From the NCBI GenBank assembly GCA_025558095.1, contig JAIVFI010000036.1:310001-374000 (forward strand): a DNA stretch of 64,000 bases, given 5' to 3'. The notes under the pieces are model-generated. The model saw nothing but the letters and a program-made list of their open reading frames with translations, was not told where the DNA came from and did not search any database. Made by a program: the position numbers and the translations under genes. This DNA is from Hyaloraphidium curvatum SAG 235-1 (lineage: Eukaryota > Fungi > Monoblepharomycota). Of this stretch, positions 45,628 through 58,595 are shown piece by piece (position 1 is the stretch's first letter; every line of letters starts with the position of its first letter).

Positions 45628-48489
45628 CTACTTCTGCCTGAAGTTGCAGAACCACAGGCACAGGTACGCCAGGATGAACCAGCCAACGCCCGTGATGAAC
45701 GCAACGGCCTGACGAGGACAGCACAGCGTGAGCTCCGAAAGCGATGCAGGCGTCCGTCCCAACTCACCACGTAGAACCCGTCCGACGTTGCCGCAAAGTT
45801 GTCCTTGCCGGGACCGACGATCTGACCCGTCGAGTTGCGGACGTACCACTCGAGACCCGAGATGGCGTCGAGGAAGCCCTCCCCAGTGTCGAAGACGCAG
45901 GGCGTGAAGCCCGGCAGGGGGTTGGCGACGAGCTCGGTGGCCATGTTCATGATGCTCTTGGCCGTCACGGTCTGGTTGAGCGCCTGGTTGATCGCGGCAG
46001 TGTTGCTGGCGGGGATGTTGGCGGCGGCGGCAAAGACGGCGGTCGCGGCGGCGACGATGCTCTGCAGGTTCGAGATGACGTCGGCGGCGTTGTTGGCAGC
46101 CTGGGCGGCGGCGAGCGAGGTCTGCGCGTTCTTCAGCGTCGTGCCCGAGTTCCAGAAGCTGTTGATGGTCGCGTTCTGCTCCGCCGTGGCCTGCGGGAAG
46201 GATCCGAACGAGTTGAGGGTCTGCACGATGGTGGGGTTGCCGGCAGCCGCCTGGGCGGTGAGGTTCTTGGCCGCGCCGTAGTAGCCCGTCAGAGCCGTGC
46301 CGCCCAAGTCGAGGGGCTTGATCAAGCTGGTCTGCGGGTCGTCGGTCTGGGTGCACGACAGGGGCTCGTCGAGGGCCTCGTGCCGCACGACAGGGACGAT
46401 GAAGCTGCGGGCGTACGAGAACCACGAGAAGAACTCGCGGGCCGAAGGCGAGCGCGGGAAGAGGAAAGCGTCCGTGCAGTAGATCTGGTGGGGGCCGCAT
46501 GGTGGGGTCAGCCCAGGCGCGAGCGAGCGAGCGTGCGAGGATACAGACCGAGCTAAGAGCCAGAGAGTAGAAGAAGTTGAGCGTGAAAGCCGCGTTGGCG
46601 TAGGGGATCGAGGCGGCGCCTGTGATGCATGCGATGTCAAAAGTCTGCGGTGACGTCCGCATGCGACAAACGCACAGTAAGCACAGAGCAGATTCATCCC
46701 GGTCGAGCCAAAGGTCACGGCGACACCGAAGCCGAGGTACATGCCGATGTTGGACTTGATCCAGCCGGACATCGAGAACATGATGGCGCCCTTAAGACCC
46801 GACGAGGTCAGATCGCGAATGAAAGTGGTTGGTGTCCCAACCCACCTGGACAAGCATAATGCACGACAGGAAGACGAACTCGACCCAGAACATGACCAGC
46901 AGGTGGCCGAATCGGTGGTAGTACCCGGCAGCCTCCTCATGGTAGTAGGCCTTGCGCTTCTCGACCCAGTAGGCGATCACCGAGGAGCCCCATCCGGGAA
47001 TCATGACTGCGTAGGCGAAGATCTCGTTCTCGCGCGACAGCATGCCGGTCAGCGTGCGGGGGAGGTTGAAGAAAGCGCCGCCGAAGAAGAGCGCGACGAT
47101 GACGGCCGAGATGATGCGCGAGGTCGACATGACGGGGTTGCGGGCGTAGACGAGGATCTGGCGCTTGAAGAGCTGGAAGAACTGCTGCCAGACGGGCGCG
47201 ACCTGGTAGAATCCCATCTTGTCGGCGAACGTCGGCGTCTGGTCGGCCTTGGACACGACGTCGTTGATGGAGCCCTGGCCCGAGTGGATGGCTTCGACCT
47301 TCTTGGAGAGGATGGTCCGCTCGGCCGAACCCTCCCAGGCCTCGATGAGGCGGTCGGGCTGGGCCGCGAGGGCGTCGGCGTAGACCTCGGCTGGAAGGAC
47401 GGAAAGGTCAGCTCGGGCCCGAGAAGGCGATAGAGGTCGGGCTCACCGGGGTTGCCCGCGACGGGGATGCCGAGCGACTCGAAGTACAGGATGGCGTCGA
47501 CGACACGGCCGTAGTAGCAGAGCTTGCCCTTGGCCAGCATGAGGATGTAGTCGAACTGCGCGAGGATGGTGTAGGACGGCTGGTGGATGGTGGCGACGCA
47601 GGCGAGCAGGCGCAGGCGCGTGACCTCGACGACGTTGGCGATGATCTCGCGGCCGGTGTTGGAGTCGAGGCCGGTCGTGGGCTCGTCGAGGAAGAGCACC
47701 GAGGCCACGGGCAGCAGCTCCATGGCGACGTTGAGGCGCTTGCGCTCGCCGGTGGAGAGACCGCGCTGGAGGGCGCCGCCAATGCGGCGGTCCGAGCAGT
47801 AGCCCAGGCGCATGACCTCGAGCACGTCGGAGATGCGCTGCTCGCGCTGCGCGGTGGTCCAGTTGGCGGGCAGCCGGAGCGCGGCGCCGAAGCGGAGCAT
47901 CTCCTTGCAGGTCAGTTCGGGCGTGAGCAGGTCGTCCGAGGTGACGTAGCCCGACTCCTTGACGAACGTGCGCTTGGAGAGCAACGCGCCGTTGAGGCGG
48001 ATGTCCTGCGTCCACTTGCCGGTGGTCTTGCGGAACGCCAGGACGTCGAGCAGCGTCGACTTGCCGGCGCCCGACGGGCCCATGATGGCGAGCGTCTCAC
48101 CGGGCTGCGGGACACCGGTCAGGCGGAGAGTCGCGGCACCGGCGCGGCCCGCGCACCTTGCAGTAGCCCGAGACCATGTCGAGCAGGACCTTGGGCTTGC
48201 CATCCGTCTTGAGCACGCATGAGATGTCCTTGAACGAGAAGAAGGCGGGGTTGAGCTGGTTCGGGTCCGTCACGGCCCTGCCGACGCGTCGACGGGTCAG
48301 AAGAGCGTGCCGTGCGCGGCAGCGGACGTACCAGGAAGCCAGCCTCGCGATCTTCTCGCCGGCCTTCGGCAGGGCGATGGACGTCTGGCCAGTGGCAATC
48401 TTCTGGTCGACCGCGGCGGCCGCGTCCTCCATCGTGGCAGCGGCGTCGACCACGGTCTGCGCCGCGACGGTCTCGGGTGCTCCCGACAT
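45628..48489 (-). CDS. ABCG half-transporter (NBD-TMD) with enlarged last extracellular loop
   Basis: Walker A GPSGAGKST, signature LSTGERKR, Walker B LFLDEPTTGLD, TIHQP and NP|AE. TMD begins WQQFFQLFKRQ. Ends CNFRQK-stop. Multi-intron. Confidence 0.9.
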
Positions 48490-48936
48490 GGTTTGTTGCG
48501 ACCCTCGATGAGCAGTTCCGTAGGCCGCTAACACGGAGGACGGAGTGGCGGGCTCTGTGGCTCTAGAACCACACCGGCGGCGAACGTTTTGGGGCCGCAC
48601 CCGGGCGGAAAAGACTGTGGCAAGGGGTGGCGAGCGGTGCTGACCGGTTCGGACTCCGTCGAAAGTGCACAGACAGTCACGAAACACGGCCGAATAATTC
48701 ATCATGACCACTTGAATCGTCATCCATGCTGGATGGAGAGTTTGGTTGCAATGGAAACCAGGTAATCTACTCTGTCCCGGCAGTTTTATTGCAATTGGAT
48801 CCCCACAATCTATGTCTCCCGAGGCGCCACCCACTCTGTCCCCCAAACCCGCCACCAACAGGGATCCCAGGGAGAACCACATCCACAGCGACGACGCAAT
48901 CGACAACACTCCTGAACTTGCTTGGCTGCATCTACG
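48490..48936. promoter_or_regulatory. Putative bidirectional promoter shared by the two ABCG genes (447 bp between start codons)
   Basis: Divergent ATGs at 48489 (-) and 48937 (+). Locally AT-richer core at ~48690-48810. Confidence 0.55.
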
Positions 48937-51509
48937 ATGGAGGCGAACCCCGTGCAGGCCGCCGCGAGCGACCACGCCGGCTGTACGGATCTCCTTTGCG
49001 TTGCCGCGGCAGTTGTTCCTCGCTCACCAGCGACCGCATCGGGACACAGACACCGTGACGTGGGAGAATGTCAACTGCAGGCTCAAGTCGGGCGGCCTCT
49101 TTGGCAAGGCCAAGGTCGTGCACTCCCTCATCGACAACACCGGCTTTGCGCGGCCCGGGGAGTCGCTGGCCATCATCGGGCCTTCGGGCGCAGGGAAGAC
49201 CACGCTGCTCGGTGCGTCTGTCGCCCCCGCTGCAATGCCACGGTTCTGACCTCCTGTGCCCCCTCAGACATCCTGTCGCAGCGCAAGTCGCTCGGCGAAA
49301 TCACCGGCGAAGTCCTCGTCAACGGCACCAAGCCCGACGTCTTCTTCAAGAGGCGGCTCGGTCAGATCACCACCATGATGGCGCACATCCCCACCATGAC
49401 CGTGCGCGAGACGCTGATGTTCGCCGCCGAGTGCCGCATGCCCCGCAACTCGACCCACGAGGAGCGCGTCGCCCGCGTCGACGAGGTCATCGCCGGGCTC
49501 AAGCTCACCAACGCCCAGAACACGCCCGTCGGCGACGAGCTCATCCGCGGTGTCTCGTCCGGCGAGAAGAAGCGTACCGAAGTCGCCACCGAGATGATTG
49601 CCCGCCCGCGCATGCTCTTCCTCGACGAGCCCACCTCGTGAGTTGCAGTGCCTCGCTCCGCCTGATCATGCATCTGACCATCGCTCTGCACAGGGGTCTC
49701 GACGATTTCGGTGCCCGCTTCACCATGGAGCTCGTGCTCAAGTACGTCAAGTCGGAGAACGTGTGCGTCGTCATTGGTGCGTTCGACTCGCTCCGTTGTG
49801 CATCTTTCTGCATCTCACGTCGAACCAAACACATTTCCAGTCATCCACCAGCCTTCGGAGGCCGTCTTCAACCTCTTTGACAACACCATGCTGCTCTCCG
49901 AGGGCCGCATCTGCTACTTTGGCCCCGTCGCCGCCGCCGAGCCCTACTTCGGCACCATGGGCTACCCGACGCCGAAGCTGCAGAACCCCATCGAGCACTA
50001 CCTTGACGTCATCAGCGCCAACACCCAGGCCGCCGCGACCTACTACGACAAGTCGCCCCTCGCCGCCGCCAACCTCGCCGAGCTCAACAGGCTCAAGTCG
50101 CTGACGTACAGCGCTGTGAGGTACTCCGAGCACATTGTCGAGAGACAGTGGTGGGACCTCATGCGGCTGCTGGGGTGGCGCTGCCTCATGCGCTACTGGC
50201 GCAACCCCTCGACCTCGTGGGGACGGCTGTTCCTTTTCCTGGTCCTGGCGGTCTTCATGGGCGGCATCTTCTACGGCGTGAGTGCATCGCCGCCCATTGC
50301 CATGGACTGGCCCGGCTCACCTCTTGCGTTTTCCGCACCAGATCGAGCCTACCAACCTCGGCACTCTGCGGCAACTCTCGACGACCTACACCTTCTTCTC
50401 CATCTTCGTCGCCATCGCCTCGGTGCCCCAGTTCCTCGAGGATCGCGAGCTGTATCTGCAGGAGATGGACGGCGCCTTCTACACGACCCCGCCCTTCTGG
50501 CTCACCTACCTCGTCCTCGAGGGCATTTTCGTCACCGTCATCACCACCATCATCATGATCATCATCTTCTACATGGCGAACCCCTGGCTGTCGTACGCCT
50601 TTGGCCGGATCTACCCCATGATGCTCCTGCAGTTCTGGCTCGCCACCGCCGTCGCCCAGGCCTGGTCGGCATGGTCCAAGACCCTCGTGCAGGCCTACAC
50701 CGCGCTCTGGGCCGCCGGTCTCATCTTCTGGATCTTCTGCGGCGTGCAGGCCCCGCTCGACACCATGTCCCCCGGCCTGCGTTGGATCGCCGACGTCAAC
50801 TACTGGCGCTGGTGCCTCATGTACGTGTGCTGGCAGATCTTCTACGACCTCAAGGTGCCCTGCGGGCCTCTGCCATCGGCCGGCATCTCCGAGGCCGTGG
50901 CCAGCGGCTTTGCGCACGCCCAGAACTCCAGCTTTGTCGCTGACAAGGCCAACGCCGTCGCCGTCACGACCTTCTGGTGCGTTTGCCTGGGAACACGCAT
51001 CGAGCACGCGCGCTAACAACATCGCAGGGCGGGCATGGACATCGTCAACGCCAACACCGAGACCGCCAAGCTCCAGTCCATCACCCCCGCGACGCAGGCC
51101 GCGCTCGCTGCCAACTCGCTCGCCATCCAGAACCGCCTCGCGCCCGCCTCGACGACCCCCGGCAACTTCACGACCCCCGGCCAGACCTCGCGGGTGCTCA
51201 CTGGCTACTCGGTCTACGACGCCGGGACGACCGCGGCGGAGACGGCCACTCGGGAGCCGGACATCTTCCCCGCCGGATCGTACTGCCCCATCGGCCAGGG
51301 CGCCGACTTCATCACCTACATCAACGGCGTTAAGCCCAACGACATTGCGACCACCAACGTCAGCTACGCCGTCAACGCGGCCCTGTTTGTCTTCTTTGCG
51401 TTCATGTGCGTTTTTCGCTCGCGTTCGGACGCTCGCCGGGATGCTGACCGCGCTCGACTTCAGGGGTCTCACGGGCCTCATGTTCTCGCGCAACTACCGC
51501 AAGCGCTAA
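48937..51509 (+). CDS. ABCG half-transporter (NBD-TMD) with enlarged last extracellular loop
   Basis: MEANPVQ...G|YTVTWENV (intron 48983-49049). GPSGAGKTT, VSSGEKKR, LFLDEPTS|GLD, VIHQP and NPIEHYLD. Ends NYRKR-stop. Confidence 0.9.
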
Positions 51510-51927
51510 GCTGGCGGACCGTGGACGGCGATTGGGGGGCGAGTTCGGGAGCGGATGCATTGGATCGGAGACGGACTTTGTAATAGACGGCGAGAAGCAT
51601 TATCATGCGTTTACCGTCACATCTAGAGTGGATGCGTCCGGGAAGGAAATGAGAAAGAGTCGTTTATGAGTCCAACGGCCTATGCGGAGGTGGGCCCCCG
51701 GCCGAACCTACTCAGGTGATGTGTCCTGTCACGCCGAAGCACTCAGAAGTCCGGAACCGCGTGGATCCAGCGCATGCCGTCAATTAAGATCATCTCTAGA
51801 GTCCCGTCATACATTCCGTCCGCGCAAATTAACCCCCGGCCCGCGCCCGTACAAGTAGTCCACACTAGCGGCGCCGCCCGCGGGGCCGTCCCCCTTTCCC
51901 GTTCCCCTGCCGGGAACGTCCGGCGCC

Positions 51928-53847
51928 TCACGCGGGGAACCGCATCCCCATCGCGTCCCCGATCTTCTCCATCTCCTCGACCAGGTACTTGAGATCCTCG
52001 ATCGTGTGCGACGCCGACACGCACAGCCGCACGCGGCTCTGGATCAGCGGCGTCGCCGGGTACCCGACGACGACGCAGGCGATGTTGCGCTCCAGGCACA
52101 TGCGCGAGAAGGCGGCGATGTTGGCGGGGCGGAAGAGCAGCACGGGGATGATGGGGCTGCCGGGGTCACCGAGGACGAGGAAGCCGCGCTTCTTGAGCTC
52201 GGTCGAAACAAAGGCCGCGTTGCGGGCCAGCTGGGCCACGCGGCGGTGGCCCTCGTCCGTGCCGTCGTCGCCCATGATTATCTTCATCGAGGTGATGATC
52301 TGCTGCACCACGAAGGGCGGCATGGGCTCGGCGTAGACGGGCGAGTGCGAGCGCAGGCGCAGGTAGTCGACGATTTCCTGAACGTGGCGCCCGATGAGCT
52401 CCTTCCCAGGAACAGCGTCCCGCGCATCCCACCTTCTTGCCGGAAATGTACCCGCCCGCGGCGCCGAAGCTCTTGGTGAAGGTCCCCATGAGGATGTCGA
52501 CGTCCTGCGGGTCCACGCCCCAGTAGTCGCACACGCCCCTCCCGTTGGCCCCCAGCGCGCCGATCGAGTGCGCCTCGTCGACGTAGAGGTAGCATCCGTA
52601 CTTCTTCTTGATCTCGACCACCTCGGGCAGCCTGCAGATGGAGCCCTCCATCGAGTAGAGGCCCTCGACGATGATGAGGATCTTTTTCCACGGGCGGTGC
52701 GTGCGCGGCTGGCCCTGCGCGATGGCGTCACGGACCACGGCCTCGAGGTCCGTGGGGGAGTTGTGCTTGAAGACGCGGATGGAGGCGCCGCTGACGCGGG
52801 CGCCGAAGATGATGGAGGAGTGGTTGAGCTCGTCGGAAATGATGAGGCAGCCCTGTGGGTAAGCAAAAGGAGTACGTTCGTCAACGAAGACATCCCCGCG
52901 ACCGAGTCACCGCAAACCCACCTTGCCGACCAGCGCCGGGATCGTGGTGCTGTTTACCGCGAACCCCATGTTGAAGCAAACCGCGGCCTCCATCCCCACG
53001 AAACGCGCCACGACCTCCTCCAGCTCCCCGTGGAGCTCCATCGTGCCCGTCTCGAGCAGCGTCGAGCAGTTGCCCACGCCGTGCCGTTTGATGGTCTCCT
53101 CGACGTCGTCGGCGCACGGGCCCGAGGACTGCGCGAAGCCGAGGTAGTTGTAAGAGGACAGGTTAACGCACTCGGTGGTCTTGCCCGTGAGCCTGAAACC
53201 CAAACGCGGTCAGCGTGTTCTGTGGCCGGAGGATGGCAGGTGGGGCCCACTTGAAGTGCCGCTTGTGCCGGTCGATGGGCACGCGGTCCAGCAGGTTCAC
53301 GGTGCGGCCGGGGACGCCGGTGATGGGCCGGTTGAACACATCGCGGATGCGGGCGTACATGCGCCGCGTGTAGAAGTTTTCAAAGTCGGCGCTGAGCGGG
53401 GCGTATCCCTGTTTGTGGAGGGACGCGAGTGGCGGTGAGCCGAATTTCGGCAACCCACGCGCGGCCACCCACGTTCTGCGTCTTCAGGTAGGCGTACTCG
53501 CCGGCGCGGAAGATCTTGCCGAAGAAGTCCCGCAGGTGCCCGAACAGGATGAGCACCAGGTACGAGAGGTATGTGGTGACGAGCACGAACAGCGGCGCGG
53601 CGTCGGGCACGCCGTGCGTTTCGGGTGCCGGCGGCGGGGGCGGCACGCGGGACGACGTGCGGCGGTGGTGTTGCGGCGAGGGGGCAGCTGCCGGTGCCTT
53701 GGGCGACTCTGCCCGCAGTGCGATCCGCCCGACCTTCTCGGGCGTGCGTGTGTCCAGCTTGACGCCCGAGTCCGTGCGCGGCGGCGCCTTGTCCCGCTCG
53801 GCCTTTGCGCCGCCCGCCAGCGTCGACAGTCTTGCGTTGCGGCCCAT
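51928..53847 (-). CDS. LCB2: Serine palmitoyltransferase catalytic subunit
   Basis: [37 protein letters not shown] lysine motif GTFTKSFG and VVVGYPATP. Several introns. Start could lie slightly upstream. Confidence 0.93.
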
Positions 53848-55087
53848 TTTACGGGGCGCGGAGGCGGGGGGGCCGGGCGGGGCCGGGGACGCGGGGCGGG
53901 GAACGCGGGGCGCGGCGGCGGGGAACGGCCGGCGCGCGCGCGGTTTGCGTGCTCGCCGCGGCACAAATGCGGCCGCTGAGCTCAATCCCGGGTCGGCGGC
54001 GCGCGGCGGCGCACTTCCGGGCGCGACTGGGGCGGGCTGTCGCGCGGGATCGGCGCGGCGAGGCGCGCCCTGAGAGGGTGGCGCTCCGGCCGGGGCGCCC
54101 GCGGGGCCGCGGTGTCCCTGCTGGTGCCGGCGGTGCGGCCGATGCAGTAGCGGAGGCCCGGCTGGGCCGCGGGGCAGGGGGCAGAGTTTCTCCTCGGTTT
54201 GGGTGCTTGTGGGGCTGGGGAGGCGCGTGAAATCGCTCGGCGCAGCGAGTGACGGTTCTGCCGGATGAACACTGCACGACCTGTTCCACGTCCAATCCTC
54301 GGTAGGAGAGACGTGTAGGCAAGATTAGCATTGCTTCGGGGTCAGGGCACTTCCGCCGCCTCCGTCGCCAGACCCCGGTCCTTCCCAATGGCTTTTCTCA
54401 CAACAGCGTCCATCCGGTCCATTACAGGCCGAATTGCGTCCAATCGTCAGGCAACGTACCATTCGAGTCCTCGGCGGCGTACGGCAGGGGATTCTGGCCC
54501 TCCAGACCCCTGCCGCGCCCCGGAAGCAGTTTCCGCGGCTGGAAGGATTCCGCCTCGGGGACGGCGACATGGGACCGCCATCGGACGTGGACGATGCGGG
54601 CTTTTGACTCCCATCGATGTCGTGTACAGCTGCAGTGCAGGCGCGATGCAGCTCCTCGAGACCGGGTAGGCGAAGCATCATGTATAGGCCGGCACCGCGT
54701 CGCATTCGAGCCCGCCACAGACAGCGCAAGGAAGAGATTGATATCGCATCCGGTCCAAATGCCGCTAGAGATGCTCTTGCCCAATTCCTCGTCTGGAATG
54801 CTACGGCGGGCGTTGCACTTGCTACATTCTTTCGTGAGACAGCGCACCATTTCGACGCCAATCCGGCACCGGCCAGCGTCGAGCATGGAGCTTGTCAGTG
54901 CATTAGCCTGCGGGCGGCCCAACCGGCCTTTTGTTATATGCGTGGGCCACCGAGCGCCCGGCCGCGTGTTTGCGGCTGTGCCGATCAATTGCGCAATGAT
55001 CAGAGAGCTTCCACCATCGCTCGCCATCGTTCGGCTACAAAAGCCTGCATCTCCCTCCGGTTCCGGACATCCGAACCACCTCGCACG

Positions 55088-56387
55088 ATGGTCCTCGAGC
55101 GCGAAGTCGCCAGCGACCCCTTCTCCAGCCCCACGGGCGCCGACGCCCTGCGCCGCCTCCCCCCTGGTTCCTCGTGGCAGGTCGCCGAGGACCGCCTGGC
55201 CGGACTCCGGGCCGACCCCGCCAAGTCGTCCCTCGCGGCGTACCACCGCGTCGATGCCACACCGGCCGTCGGGACAGAGTTCCCGGCGTCGTCGGGGATC
55301 CAGCTGTCCAAGCTGACGGACCAGCAGGTGGGGACCTCGCCATCCTTGCGTCCTCGAAGCTGACGGATTGGCAGGTCGAGGACCTCGCGCTCCTGGTCGC
55401 CGAGCGCGGCGTGGTGTTCTTCCGAGAGCAGGACATCACCGAAGAGCAGCAGCGCACGCTGGGAGCCAAGCTCGGGCCTCTCCACGTGCACCCGATCGGA
55501 CGGTCGTCGGACAAGGAGAGGGAGGAGTTCCAGGAGTTCGAGTTCGGGAGCGAGAGCAAGGCGGTGGCGGGAGAGGGATGGCACACTGGTACGCCGTCCG
55601 CAGGGAACACAGGAGAGTGCGATCCTGATGCATGCGGCCGCCAGATATTTCCTTTGAGGAAAAGCCCAGCGCCTACGCGATCCTCAAGCTCACCGAGGTC
55701 CCCCCCAACGGCGGCGACACCCTCTGGGTCTCCACCTACGCGGCCTACGACAAGCTCACACCCGCGTACCGCCGCATCCTCGAGGGCCTCGAGGCGTACC
55801 ACACCAACGCGCACCGGCACTACGCCTCGTTGTCGGACGCCTCGCTCGGCGCGTCGGGAGCCCGCGCGCCGATCCTCCGCAGGGGGCCAAACACGGCGCT
55901 GCACCCCGTCGTGCGCACGCATCCGTTGACCAAGTGGAAGTCTTTGTACGTGAACCAGGTGCGCTTCTCGGGCCTGTTTCCCTTTGCGAACCCGATCTGA
56001 CGCGCCGCATCCAGGGCTTCACCACGCAGATCAAGGGCTTCTCCAAGGGCGAGAGCGACTCGCTGCTCGCCTTCCTGTACGAGCACCTGCAGTCCGAGGA
56101 CTTCAAGGTCCGGTTCAAATGGACCAAGAACACCGTGGCGATCTGGGACAACAGGGCCACGCAGCACCTCGCCGTCTGGGTGGGTCCCGCGGCGCGACCG
56201 GTCCGGACCGGATCGGAGCTGATGCCGGTCTTCCGGACAGGACTACTTCCCGCACAGGCGCAAGGGCACCCGCGTTGTGGCCGTCGGCGAGAGGCCGTAC
56301 TTCGATCCCGCGGGGAGCAAGTCGCAGGCGGAGGAGGCGGGGTCGCAGTACAAGCAGAACCCGTCGTGGTCGAGGAGCGTCCTTTGA
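55088..56387 (+). CDS. TauD/TfdA family Fe(II)/2-oxoglutarate dioxygenase (sulfonate dioxygenase-like)
   Basis: LLVAERGVVFFREQD, HVHP, WHT|DISFE, GGDTLW, HPVVRTHP and WDNRATQH. About 4 introns. Confidence 0.9.
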
Positions 56388-56598
56388 GCGGCCACGTGGT
56401 GTGATTGGACGTTTTGATTCCATAGATCGTGCTGGCTTGGATTGTGCGGCATTCATTCGGGGGGCAAGGATTTCAAGGATTCATCTGCAACGCGATAACT
56501 ATCAGACCAACATCCTTGGGCTCCAAAACAACCGCCTATTTCCACGCCGCAATTGCGCTTGCCCCTTCCCGCTGTGCTCGTCCGAAACGGAGTGAAGC

Positions 56599-58595
56599 CT
56601 ACTTCGTGACCTCGAGGCCCTTGAACCCGCTGTTGAGCACGTCCTCGGTGATCTCGCCGTACTGTGGAACGGAAGAAGAAGTTAGCGTCTGCCGTTGCTG
56701 TCAAGAGCAGATGCATGCAGACCAAGGGGATTCCGCCGAGGAAGGGGAGGATGCGCTTCTTCTTTCCGGGCACGTTGGCTCCGAGGTACCTGGACAACGC
56801 GACAGCATGAGTGGAACGTTACGAAGATGAAGCAGTTCCGAGCTCGACTTACCATGAATTGCATCCTCCGAATATCGTGGTCTTTTCCCAGCGGAACCAG
56901 TGCACGTCACATGAACCGTCCTTCGTAGCGCCGACAACAGACTACCCACGTCCTGGTAGCTGTCCACCTTCTCCTGCCACTTCTCCTGCGCCTCCGTCGT
57001 CGCCTCGAGCGCCTTGATACCCTCGTCGTCAGCCTTGGCGATGAGCTTGTCGAGCCACTCGTCCTGCTGCTCGATGGCCGACAGCATGTTCGAGAGCACC
57101 GAGGGCGAGCCCGGCCCGTTGACCTGCATCATGTTTGGGAACCCGTGGACAAACACGCCCAAGTACGACGTCGGGTCGCCGTCCTTCCAGGCTTCTTTGA
57201 GCGTCAGCCCGTTCTTCCCGACGATGTCGATCTGCGACGCGGCGCCCGTGAGGGCGTCGAATCCTGGACCGCGTCGTCAGCCGTGCGGGATAGTGCACTA
57301 GGTGATGGGAGCCCACCGGTGGCGCACACAAGCATGTCGAACGGCCCGACGACGGTGCCGTCGCCGAGCTCCAGGCTGTCGCCGTTGACGACACGCACAA
57401 TCGGGTTGCTCTTCACCGAGACAAGCTTGACGTGCGGCAGGTTGTATGTCTCGTAGTACCCGGTGTCGCAGCAGATGCGCTTGCACCCGATCAGCGTCGT
57501 CGGGATCAGCAGCTCCGCCGTCGCCGGGTCCTTGACGACCTCGCGGATGCGCCGCCCGATCATGTCGCCGACGGCCTTGGCCGCTTCCATGTTCGCGAAC
57601 TGATCCGTGAACGTAAGGTAGGTGAAGAGGCCGCCGGCCTCCCAAACCGCGGAAAGACGGGCTTCTCTTTCCTCGGGCGTCATGTCGGCGTAGGCTCCAA
57701 AGGTCGGCGGGTCGACGTAGACTCCCCATCCAATGGCGTTGGCACGTGCCAAATCCCGCAGCATTTTGACGTCGGCCTTGGCCTGCGCCAGCTCCTCGGG
57801 CGTCACTTTCCGGTTCTTGGCTGGAATGCTGTGGTTCGGCGTCCGCTGGAACACGGTGAGGTGCTTGGCAGTCTCGGCGATCACAGGAATGGACTGAATT
57901 CCTGAGCTGCCCGTGCCGATGACGCCGACTCGCTTGCCGGCAAAGGATACCGGGGAGCGTGGCCACCGCGAGGTGTGGTGACGTTCACCCTTGAAGGTGT
58001 CGAGGCCCTCGATGCCCGGCCACTGGTGCCCCGTGAGCTGGAGGTTGACTCGCCGACGCCGCAAGCCACCCACGTTGGGAATGTAGAGCGCGCCAATGGC
58101 CAGAACCAGCCACTTTCCGTCCCACTCCTGCGTCTCCTTGTCTCCATTCTCCGATCCCACGGCCACCGTGACCTTCCACCTCTTCTCCCCGTCGTCCCAC
58201 TTGGCTCCCGTCACTGCGCTTTGGAACTGTATCGACTCGCGCAGGCCGTACCGGTCGGCGACATGGTTCGCGTACTTGAGGAGCTCGGGCTGCGGCGCGT
58301 ACAGCTCGGACCAGTTCCACTCGTTGTAGAGTTGCGGATCGAATTTGAAACTGTAATCTCGCGAGACGATGTCGACGCGGGCGCCAGGGTATCGGTTGTA
58401 GTTCCAGGTGCCGCCAGGCTCATCTGAGGCCTCGAAGGTGCGGACGGATTTGCCGCGGGAGCGCAGCAGGTGGGTCAGGTACCTGGGAGACGAGTCGTCA
58501 GGCGAGCTCCGTCCTGGAGAAGACTCGAAAGCTCACAGGCCACCAAAGCCGGCGCCGACAACAATGACATCAGAGGAGCGATTCGGGAGCACCAT
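56599..58595 (-). CDS. Type I Baeyer-Villiger monooxygenase (cyclohexanone monooxygenase-like)
   Basis: VVGAGFGG, GGTWNYNRYPGARVD, fingerprint FKGERHHTSRWP, IGTGSSGIQ, FQRTP, CKR and ATG|FD. Several introns. Confidence 0.92.

Noticed and set aside
45628-53847. LCB2 next to the ABCG pair as a sphingolipid synthesis/export cluster
   Set aside because: Adjacency alone is weak evidence in such a gene-dense genome, and LCB2 is a housekeeping gene. It would need conserved synteny.
54240-55050. ORFs in the LCB2-TauD intergenic region (e.g. 54617-55363)
   Set aside because: No recognisable motifs, weak codon bias and no convincing splice structure. A decayed gene fragment cannot be excluded.
55088-58595. 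TauD dioxygenase plus BVMO as a secondary-metabolite cluster
   Set aside because: No backbone enzyme (PKS, NRPS, terpene synthase) or pathway regulator in the window.
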